Assembly: GCA_963797975.1 (NCBI GenBank)
Contig: CAWCRH010000003.1
Location: forward strand, 71,099-135,098
Origin: an uncultured Thermoplasmata archaeon
Lineage (GTDB): Archaea; Thermoplasmatota; Thermoplasmata; Lutacidiplasmatales; UBA184
Length of the DNA stretch: 64,000 bases
Reading direction: 5' to 3'
Position numbers and translations under genes: made by a program
Part shown: positions 39,030 through 46,574 of the stretch, piece by piece
Layout of the letters: each line of letters starts with the position of its first letter
Position numbering within the stretch: the first letter of the stretch is position 1
Notes under the pieces: generated by a model
Database searches by the model: none
Told to the model about the DNA's origin: nothing
What the model saw: the letters and a program-made list of their open reading frames with translations, nothing else

Positions 39030-40348
39030 GCGCCGTTCCTCATCGGTCGCCGCTCACCGGACTCTCCGGCGACGTTCGTCGTCAGTCGCCGTTCGACCTC
39101 CTCTTTCGACGAGGCGCTTGCGAGGGCCCAGAGGAGCTTCACATAGGCGGTCTCAGGGATCATGTCGCCGAGGTAGGTCACACCCGAGCGCACGAGCGTG
39201 CGTCCGGTCGCATAGACGAACGGCTCGACCGCCCCCTCGAGACACTGGGTCGTCATCGCGACGGTGATGCCGGCGGCGGTGGCCCGTCGAATCCAGTCAA
39301 GGTGGGCCACGTTAAGATGCCCGAGCCCGGTACCGGCCAGAACGATGCCGCGCAGCCCCCGTGCGAACATCTCGGCGCGCTCCGGTGATAAGCCAGGGTA
39401 GAACCAGAGCAGACCGCCGCGGTCATCGAAGCCCCCCGTGAGCGCCACCGGTCCGGGGACCGACGGGCGAACCGGAGCGTCCCAGCGGACGTCGTCTCCC
39501 ACGACATATCCGAGCGGGCCAACGTTGCGGCTACGGAAGGCGTCGCGCCGGGTCGAGTGCATCTTGCGTACCCGCGTTCCCCGGTGAATCGCGAAGCGGT
39601 CGTCCGAAACGCCGGCGTGCATCACGACCACGACCTCTCCGACCCCCGGCGTGCGCGCGACCTTGGCGGCTGCGCGAAGGTTCGACCGACCATCGGAGCT
39701 CGGTCGGTCGGGCGATCGTTGGGCACCCACGAGCACCACCGGCCCGGGAAGGGCCGGGAAGAGGAACGAGAGCGCCGCGGCCGTGAAGCCGAGAGTGTCC
39801 GTTCCGTGGGCGATCACGACCCCTCGCGAGCCTTCGTCGAACGCCGTGCGGACGGCCTGCGCCAACAGGACCCAGTCCGCGGGGACGATGTTCTCGCTCA
39901 GGCGGTCGAAGACCGGGACGACACGCACGCGACCGTCGGCCTCGATCTCGGGGAAGAGCGACAGGAGCTCTCGCTCGTTCTGGACGGGGCTCACCCCGCC
40001 GGTCTCGTAGTCGACCCGCGAGGCGATCGTGCCGCCCGTGGTGAGGAGGGCGATGTCCGCACCTACTTTGCTGGCCTCCGTCGGGGGCCTAGCGGCCGAG
40101 GTGTCTCGCGGTTCATGGGCGCGCCGTGGCGGGCCTCCTAAGCGGTAACGGGTCGCGGGGGCGATCGCAACCCCGACATTGTATCCGCTCGCGAGCTTGA
40201 TCTGAAGGATGCGCTCACCGGAGAAGTCATGATGCGGAACGATCGTCCCTGCCCATACGCGGCCCTCCGCGTCGTTGACCTCGATCGCCTGACCCATCGG
40301 TAGGGACCGGAGCTTCTCCCACGCGTCCTTTGAGGAATCCGGGGCCAT
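39026..40348 (-). CDS. gatD: Glu-tRNA(Gln) amidotransferase subunit D
   Basis: IKLASGYNVG, TGGTIASRVDYETG, HGTDT, GAQRSPDRPSSD, RKMHSTRRDAF. Confidence 0.97.
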   Translation of the reverse strand: MAPDSSKDAWEKLRSLPMGQAIEVNDAEGRVWAGTIVPHHDFSGERILQIKLASGYNVGVAIAPATRYRLGGPPRRAHEPRDTSAARPPTEASKVGADIALLTTGGTIASRVDYETGGVSPVQNERELLSLFPEIEADGRVRVVPVFDRLSENIVPADWVLLAQAVRTAFDEGSRGVVIAHGTDTLGFTAAALSFLFPALPGPVVLVGAQRSPDRPSSDGRSNLRAAAKVARTPGVGEVVVVMHAGVSDDRFAIHRGTRVRKMHSTRRDAFRSRNVGPLGYVVGDDVRWDAPVRPSVPGPVALTGGFDDRGGLLWFYPGLSPERAEMFARGLRGIVLAGTGLGHLNVAHLDWIRRATAAGITVAMTTQCLEGAVEPFVYATGRTLVRSGVTYLGDMIPETAYVKLLWALASASSKEEVERRLTTNVAGESGERRPMRNGA

Positions 40349-40486
40349 GGCGCTCCGAACGAGCGACTTACGCAGTTCCGTCGGCTATAAACGCTCCCGC
40401 GGGGGACCGGCGGATGCGCACGCCGGGCCCGGGATGCTTTCCGGAGCGGCGAAGCGTCGGCTAGAATTGCGGTCATCAGTCGGCTC

Positions 40487-40494
40487 TTTTATAG
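40487..40494 (+). promoter_or_regulatory. Candidate TATA box for tRNA-Arg
   Basis: TTTTATAG ~46 bp upstream of the mature 5' end. Confidence 0.45.
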
Positions 40495-40539
40495 ACGACC
40501 TTGCTCGGAGGCGGGGGACAGAAGTCAGCAACACCGGGT

Positions 40540-40646
40540 GCCCGTGTGGGGTAGCTACGGGTTCGGGCCCATTCCCGACCCGCTACACTGGATTATCCTA
40601 GAGGCCTGCGGAGCCTCAGACCTGGGTTCGAATCCCAGCACGGGCG
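40540..40646 (+). tRNA. tRNA-Arg(GCG) with a 32-nt D-loop intron (40557-40588)
   Basis: Acceptor GCCCGTG/CACGGGC+G, anticodon arm GAGGC-CTGCGGA-GCCTC, T arm CTGGG-TTCGAAT-CCCAG; splice motif GTAG-CT^A-CGGGT...ACCCG-CTAC-AC^T. Confidence 0.93.
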
Positions 40647-40700
40647 TCCCTCATTTCGGGGCGAAGGATTCTTTATTAGACTGTGCGCCGTGGACCGGGC

Positions 40701-42008
40701 GTGACCCGGCGGTCTAGGCGTCTCGATCACCGGAGCCTGCTGGACGACACCAGGGTCCGGACGTGGTACGACGAGAACCGTCTGCGGTCAAGCCGTACTG
40801 CCGATGTCAATCTGCGCCAACTGGGGCTATGCCTGCACCAGATTGGACTCACCCCTACGACGCTCCTTGAGGAGGCAAGGGCCAACCCGCCACACCTCCG
40901 TGAACGTCTCATCGCCTATGCGACTGCGCTCCAGCGGAAGGGCCGGCTCAACTCGTACATCGCGAAGACCTTCGTGGGCGTCTCGAGCTTTCTCCGCCAC
41001 CACGAGATTGAATTCCGCGGCTTTCCGCGTGTAACGGTGGTAAGAGGGGCATCGGTGGAGAATGAGCGGGTGCCGACCCAGGGAGAGCTCGGGCGACTTC
41101 TCAGGGCCCTTCCACTCCGAGGCCAAGTCAGCGCGCTACTGATGGCCCATTCGGGACTGCGTCCGGGAGCGTTCTCGGTCTACCGGGCCGGGGACACAGC
41201 CCTCCGCCTTCGCGACCTCCCCGAACTGGAGATCGGCGAGCTCCGGATGCAGAAGGTTCCCTTCTTAGTCCGTGTGCCAGGTTCCCTGAGCAAGAACCGG
41301 AAAGGATACGTGACATTCGGCACACAGGAGCTGGCCGACGCGCTGATTGCCTACCTGAAGGAGCGCCGTTCCCGACCTCGGTACCGTCGGGGAAGGTCGG
41401 TCCGGCCCGAGGAACTCTCCCCCGACTCCCCCGTTGTAGCTGTCCGTGACACTGAGACCGAAACCGGCTTCGTTACGGTCAAAGCAGTGACCGCGGAGGT
41501 GCGCAGTGCCATGGCGAAGGTCGTTCCTGCCGATACGACGTGGCGTCCGTACGTCCTACGAAGCTATGCCTCGACTCAACTCCTCCTAGCAGAGTCGAAG
41601 GGCAAGATCACGAGGGATTTTCGAGAGGCAATCCTCGGGCATGACCTAGGAGTCAGCGGCCGGTACAATCTCTCAAAGAAGTTGCAGCCGTCAATGGTCG
41701 AGGAGATGCGCGCAGCCTACGCACGATGCGAGCAGTTCCTAGCGACTGCCTCCACCGGAGGAAACCGGTCGAACGCGGAGACATTCCGGGTGCTCTTGTC
41801 ACCGTGGTACACCGATGAGCAGATCGAGAAGATTGACCTGGACGACAACGCCGCCGTGATCGAAGCCCTGAGGAAGGGAGCGACAAGGGGCGCCGCGCCA
41901 AAACAGCAGGTCATTCCGGAGGCGGATCTTCCACACTACCTCGGCGAGGGGTGGGTGGCGAGGATGCCCATCAACGGCTCGAAGTTCGTCGTCGAGCGGA
42001 CGGTGTGA
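40701..42008 (+). CDS. Tyrosine recombinase/integrase (Thermoplasmata type)
   Basis: SGLRP (Arg I), SKNRK, RPYVLRSY (HxxR variant), LGH, RY nucleophile; TATA-like TTTATTA ~25 bp before GTG 40701. Confidence 0.92.
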   Translation: MTRRSRRLDHRSLLDDTRVRTWYDENRLRSSRTADVNLRQLGLCLHQIGLTPTTLLEEARANPPHLRERLIAYATALQRKGRLNSYIAKTFVGVSSFLRHHEIEFRGFPRVTVVRGASVENERVPTQGELGRLLRALPLRGQVSALLMAHSGLRPGAFSVYRAGDTALRLRDLPELEIGELRMQKVPFLVRVPGSLSKNRKGYVTFGTQELADALIAYLKERRSRPRYRRGRSVRPEELSPDSPVVAVRDTETETGFVTVKAVTAEVRSAMAKVVPADTTWRPYVLRSYASTQLLLAESKGKITRDFREAILGHDLGVSGRYNLSKKLQPSMVEEMRAAYARCEQFLATASTGGNRSNAETFRVLLSPWYTDEQIEKIDLDDNAAVIEALRKGATRGAAPKQQVIPEADLPHYLGEGWVARMPINGSKFVVERTV

Positions 42009-42098
42009 ATCACTCCCGCGTCGCAAGGCCGGCGGCGCGGGGTCCCGTCCGGGATCGGGGCGATTTCAGGCTTGGGAGGTCATTGTTAACAGGAGGTG

Positions 42099-42170
42099 CT
42101 GTAACCCGTCGCGGCTTTGCCGGTCATCTGTGGACGGCCGTCCGGCCGACAACCCGCGACAACGTTACAG
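42099..42170. repeat. Long imperfect hairpin, copy 1 (CTGTAAC...GTTACAG)
   Basis: CTGTAAC/GTTACAG, GTCGCGG/CCGCGAC and TTGCCGGTC/GGCCGACAA arms; homologous to 42797-42897. Confidence 0.8.
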
Positions 42171-42486
42171 AACCCCGAGCGGTTGACCGCCTGCGTCGAC
42201 CGGATCCCGTTGAAGCGACGGGTCAACGATCGCGCTCCGCGACCGGTGCGCGACCGCCACTCCCCGAGGGTAAGCGGTCAACCTGTCGACCGAGTTCGCG
42301 GTAGCGAACATGGTCGATGGTATCCGGACTGCGAGTGCGGCTCGCGCCGTGTGGCTCTGGTTCGGACGACCGAGTACAGGGTGCCGAAGGCACCCCTCTC
42401 GGAGAGAGGGTTCCCCACCGGGGAACCGCTGGGGAAGGGGGCGGCGTGAAGATGCCGTGCGGATGCGCCTAGTGCCGGATCTGCAC

Positions 42487-42630
42487 GGCTGAGTCCCCGC
42501 CACAATCCCCGGTACAATCCCCGGCACAGTTCCCGGCACAGTTCCCGGCACAGTTCCCGGCACAGTTCCCGGCACAATCCCCGGCACAATCCCCGGCACA
42601 GTCCCCGGCACAGTCCCCGGCTGAACCCCC
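42487..42630. repeat. Tandem array of twelve 12-bp units, consensus GGCACA(A/G)T(C/T)CCC
   Basis: Ten core units (42499-42618) bracketed by two GGCTGA-type variant units. Confidence 0.95.
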
Positions 42631-42796
42631 GCTCGGCCGGGATCCCCACCCGGCGGGGCTATCCGGGCGGGGAGCCACCGCGGGGGGCCACCGTGCGGTG
42701 GTACCACCGGGCGCGCGTGGTGGACATGTGCACACAGCGAACACAGCGCGTGCACACTGTAGCGACCTGCCGAAGGCCCCGCCAACCGCTCGGGTG

Positions 42797-42897
42797 CTGT
42801 AACCCACCGCGGCTTTGTCGGTCATCTGCAGACGGTAGTTCGCTTTGATTACAATGTAATCACACTGACCGGCCGACAAGCCGCGAGAACGTTACAG
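42797..42897. repeat. Long imperfect hairpin, copy 2 (CTGTAAC...GTTACAG)
   Basis: CGCGGCTTTGTCGGTC/GGCCGACAAGCCGCG stem with one extra T; loop contains the inverted repeat TGATTACA-A-TGTAATCA. Confidence 0.8.
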
Positions 42898-43163
42898 AGC
42901 CAGGCAAGCGAGACCCGCATGCGGGTCTTTCCCCAGGCATCACGAAGTTTGGACGTGGAAAGGGTAACCCAAAATTGGCCGAACCGATTGCCGACATCTC
43001 AGCCCGCTCTTCCCCACCGGTTTGGTAAGAGAGGCCGGACTCCTTCTGAGGTGGCAACTTGCCACCTGAGTCGCTCTTCTTCACGCCGCCTCGTTGCCCT
43101 TTGTGACGTGTACCCCGTACTTCTTCTCACCTGAGGGAGGGGTTGGGGGAGGGATTCCTTCGT

Positions 43164-44000
43164 TCATGTGGACACCTCTTCCTGGACCTTCTGCGCGAAC
43201 TCTCGCGGCGTGAGATACCCGAGCGACGAGTGGGGTCGCTCTGTGTTGTAATCGTCAATCGCCTCGGCCAGCCGCTGCCGCGTCGTGTAGAAGCTCTCCG
43301 GCTCCCGCAGCCACAGGTAGTCCTGCTTCAGGTGCCCATGGAACGACTCCTGAAGTCCGTTGTCCTCGGGCCGCTTCTTTCGGGTCCATCGCAGATCGAG
43401 TCCAAGGAGCTTCGTCCCCTCTCGGAAGCGCTTCGCGATGAACTGAGCTCCCTGGTCGGTGACCAGGACGGTGCCCGGAGCCTGGAGCAGCCTCGGGAAC
43501 CGCGTCGCCACCGCTCCCTCGACCACCGAGAGTGCCTCCGCGGCGCCACACGTCGGGAAGAACTCCCAGTGGACCACTTCGCGCGTGCAGGCGTCGAGGA
43601 TCGCCATCAGCGGGCACGGACCGAAGTCGGTGGTGTCCACCTCGGTGAGGTCGGTGTACCACCGTTCGTTCGGCCGCTCGGCGCTGAGGCGTCCGGTGGG
43701 AGGAAGACGAGGCCGAGGGAAGTGGGCGGGGCGCAGCAGTCCCTCGGCCGCCATCAGCCGGTGGACCCGCTTCCGATTGACCCGGAGCCCTTCCCGGCGA
43801 AGGACGGCCCACACCCGTCGCACACCGAAGGTTGGGCGGGCAAGGGCCACCCGACGGACCGCGGAGCGAATCTGCGGCTCATCGGATCGGGTTCGTCGAT
43901 GAGGCGTCTCTCGGGGCTCGAGGTAGAGTGCCCGTCGGGAGAGGCCGACGAACTCGGCGGCGTGGCGCTTCGAGAGCTCGAGGGTGAGCATCGTCCTCAC
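43164..44000 (-). CDS. IS3 transposase OrfB (DDE)
   Basis: FGVRRV, NRKRVHRLM, W.TDLT, TDQGAQF, NG..ESF, YN.ERPHSSLGY.TP. Confidence 0.95.
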   Translation of the reverse strand: MRTMLTLELSKRHAAEFVGLSRRALYLEPRETPHRRTRSDEPQIRSAVRRVALARPTFGVRRVWAVLRREGLRVNRKRVHRLMAAEGLLRPAHFPRPRLPPTGRLSAERPNERWYTDLTEVDTTDFGPCPLMAILDACTREVVHWEFFPTCGAAEALSVVEGAVATRFPRLLQAPGTVLVTDQGAQFIAKRFREGTKLLGLDLRWTRKKRPEDNGLQESFHGHLKQDYLWLREPESFYTTRQRLAEAIDDYNTERPHSSLGYLTPREFAQKVQEEVST

Positions 44001-44311
44001 GATCTCCCTCCGTCGTTTTTTCCCTCGGAGCTACCCGTGAGCTCCTCCTTGAACACCTGCAGCGCGATCGCCTGCTCGGCGATCAGGCGCTTGAGCCGAG
44101 CGATCTCCTGACGTTGTCGTTGGCTGTCGGAGCCTTGCCGGCTCTCGAGACCTGCTTTCATCGAGACAAGGGCCCGTTCCTTCCACTCGTAGAACTGGGC
44201 GGAGTGGATCCCATGGGTCCGACAGACCGCCTCGACGTTCGCGTTCGGGCGCAGACCCTCCAGCACGATGCGGAGCTTCTCCTCGCCACTCCAGTGCTTC
44301 CGGGTAGTCAT
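43997..44311 (-). CDS. IS3 transposase OrfA (HTH)
   Basis: WS.EEKLRIVLE, VCR.HGI...QFY.W, EIARLKRL; A-AAA-AAC slippery site near its 3' end. Confidence 0.92.
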   Translation of the reverse strand: MTTRKHWSGEEKLRIVLEGLRPNANVEAVCRTHGIHSAQFYEWKERALVSMKAGLESRQGSDSQRQRQEIARLKRLIAEQAIALQVFKEELTGSSEGKNDGGRS

Positions 44312-44492
44312 TCGGCCTCCGAGGCGGCGGGCAGGCCGCAGGGGTTCTCGTCGCTTTCGGGTAGGGTCAGCTCGCCCCTATTCCCCAACCAAGGTGAGTG
44401 TGCACTTCTACAGGGGTACGCGCCATTTGGCCTTCCGTTTCTCGGCCGCTATCGGAGGACCCGTTAAGGGCGCGTCCGGTCTCGGCCCCGTT

Positions 44493-44816
44493 ATGGACGA
44501 AGGGGAGCGCGAGCAGCTCAGAGTTGAACTGACCGAAGTGCTCGGCAGACACGGGATTCCGCCCGAGGACGCCATCAAGGTGCTGAACGCCTCTATTTGG
44601 TGGCGTGATCGAGCGCTAGAACCGCCGCGCGAGGGAACGGAGGAAGTAGAGGAGGTGGTGTTCCCGTCGAGCTACTATCGGTGTCTCCGATGCACGGAGG
44701 TGTTGTGGGGGCGGAACCAGTTCAGGTCGCACTACCGAAGGGCCCACCCCGAGATCCGTCCCGCGAGATTCGATTGCAGGAGAGTCGAGATGAAGGTGGC
44801 ACCACCCGCTCCCTAA
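44493..44816 (+). CDS. 107-aa C2H2 zinc-finger protein
   Basis: YRCLRC-x12-HYRRAH (C-x2-C-x12-H-x4-H); TATA-like GTTAAG ~28 bp upstream of ATG 44493. Confidence 0.65.
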   Translation: MDEGEREQLRVELTEVLGRHGIPPEDAIKVLNASIWWRDRALEPPREGTEEVEEVVFPSSYYRCLRCTEVLWGRNQFRSHYRRAHPEIRPARFDCRRVEMKVAPPAP

Positions 44817-45149
44817 ACGGTATTGGAGGTCTGGCGCGTCGCGCGCCTAACACCCAACCCAAACCGCCGCACCGCTTCCAGGGCTTGTTCACGCGTCGGC
44901 CCTTCCTGCCGCGTCCTCCACATCCGGGGCACGGAGAACGTCGCGCTCTCTCCCAGCGGCGCGTTGCAGGTGAGGCGCTCGGTCCGCGAAGCCTTCGCTT
45001 AGTTCGTGGAACGTAACCTTCGATGTGGGTTCGTTCGTCGCCCATCCCGCACGCCCGGCCGACCTAAACACCTCGTGCGGAAAAAGGTCAGCGGGTGCTT
45101 GGAGTCCCTCATAGGAGACATTTCCCGTCTCCCGGCCGAAAAACCGCCC

Positions 45150-46460
45150 GATATGTGGGTTCCGCCGTCGCTGCTGACTGAGGGAGAGTTCTCCCGATCT
45201 CGAAAGCTCACATTGTTCTGCGATAGTCAACTGCTCTCGCCGCACCCAGATATTCGCGCTTCAATGCGCAGGAAGACACTTCGCGGTCGAGGGCCCCAAG
45301 ACCGCTCGCTGCACACGTTTGCCAGCGGTCACCCGAGGGTGCCGCAGGGCGCCTTCCGCAGTCGGCGATCTTGGAGCGTCAGCACGGAAGGGTTCTCGAT
45401 TCTTCAGCATTGCGAAGATGATCTTCAACAGTGCGTGGGCCCCGGCCACCGAGCCCTTGCCCTTCCCGCGACGGCGGCTCACCCGTCGAGCGACCTTCGC
45501 CACTGTCCCACGAGGTACGCGGTGCCGGTGAGCCCAGGCGGCCTCCACCAGGAGCCAGCGGACCAGCGTCACGCTGTCCCGCTTCAAGTGCCCGTGGTAC
45601 TCCGATTCACCCGATTGATGGGTCGTGGGCGCCAGCCCCACGTATGAACTCACCTTGTCGACGCTCGAGAACCGCTCGATCGGGCAGAGAAACGCCGCGA
45701 GCGCCACCGAGATGATCTCCCCGACGCCGGGGATGGTGCTGAGCAGTTGGGCATCCTCGGAGGAGGCCCAGGCCCGATGGATCTTCTGGTCGAGCTGCCC
45801 ACAGGTGGTCTCGAGCGAGGTGAGGGTATCCAGTCCGCGGTCGACCTCCTCGAGATGGAGGTCTCGGAGAACCTCACGCTTCCGGCGGAGATTCAGGATC
45901 CCATCCTCATATTCGACCCCTCGACGGAGTAGGAAGCTGTAGATGTGATTCTTGACCGAGGTGGCTTTGCGTCGATAGAACACGCGTTCGCGGACGAGGT
46001 TCCGAAGGGCTCGAATCTCGGGTGGCGGTGCATACGACTCGGGAACGGCGTTCAGTCGGAGGAGAGTGGCCAGAGCCTCCGAATCGAGTTTGTCGGTCTT
46101 GAGGCTCGCTTCGGCGATGAGGCGGGTCTTGTAGGGATTGGAGAGGGTGACCGAGGCGCCTGTCGCCTCCGCTGCGTCGAAGAAATGCTCCCAGAGAGTG
46201 CACGCCTCGAGAACGACGTGCTTGCGTCCGGGAAGCCGCTCGAGGTAGTTGATCAGCTCAGCGTCGGTGGCTCCGAACTCCGCCTGACTCACTTGCAAGC
46301 CGCCGGCGTCGAACGCGGTCGCGTAGACACTCTTTCGGTGGACGTCAAGCCCGACATAGACCGATTCACTCACATTCTCCATGAGGCGCCTCGAGGTGGA
46401 GGACACGAGGCGCCTGCGATGGGCTTTCCGCCGGACCATCGGCGGAACCCATCATGTCCA
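45150..46460 (-). mobile_element. IS110-family element, IS1111-like subgroup (ends approximate)
   Basis: 12-bp subterminal inverted repeat TGGGTTCCGCCG (45156-45167) / CGGCGGAACCCA (46440-46451) around a DEDD transposase; no target duplication seen. Confidence 0.75.
45261..46382 (-). CDS. IS110 family DEDD recombinase/transposase
   Basis: YVGLDVH, VLEA, KTDKLDS, TIPGVG, YVGLAP..HQSG (catalytic Ser); probable start MENVSES. Confidence 0.93.
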   Translation of the reverse strand: MENVSESVYVGLDVHRKSVYATAFDAGGLQVSQAEFGATDAELINYLERLPGRKHVVLEACTLWEHFFDAAEATGASVTLSNPYKTRLIAEASLKTDKLDSEALATLLRLNAVPESYAPPPEIRALRNLVRERVFYRRKATSVKNHIYSFLLRRGVEYEDGILNLRRKREVLRDLHLEEVDRGLDTLTSLETTCGQLDQKIHRAWASSEDAQLLSTIPGVGEIISVALAAFLCPIERFSSVDKVSSYVGLAPTTHQSGESEYHGHLKRDSVTLVRWLLVEAAWAHRHRVPRGTVAKVARRVSRRRGKGKGSVAGAHALLKIIFAMLKNREPFRADAPRSPTAEGALRHPRVTAGKRVQRAVLGPSTAKCLPAH

Positions 46461-46574
46461 CATTGATGACGGCAGCCCGAGCGCGTTTTGCGCCTAGTTT
46501 GGCGTGCAGAGGGCCATCTGCATCGCGGGATGGCCCGAGCGCTGACAAGCGGAGAATCTGCGTTCCGCAATTCG

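Larger units (their letters stand above)
43104..44425 (-). mobile_element. IS3-family insertion sequence
   Basis: TG...CA ends (TGACGTGTACCCC / TGGCGCGTACCCC), 4-bp target duplication TTTG at 43100-43103 and 44426-44429, orfA/orfB layout. Confidence 0.92.

Noticed and set aside
40701-42008. Integron integrase (IntI)
   Set aside because: No IntI-specific insertion motif is recognisable, the gene points towards rather than away from the hairpins, and the tRNA att duplication already explains its role
42487-42630. CRISPR array
   Set aside because: Units are contiguous 12-mers without unique spacers; no cas genes in the window
42165-42879. ORFs encoding (VPGT)n, (CAGD)n or (LCRE)n repeats as real genes
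   Set aside because: All three minus frames are open simply because the repeat lacks stops; flanking translations are low-complexity and starts are weak. Kept only as an alternative hypothesis
44843-44978. Third attC-like site (GCGCCTAAC...GTGAGGCGC) after the C2H2 gene
   Set aside because: The conserved GTT is missing, internal pairing is patchy and there is no similarity to the two CTGTAAC hairpins
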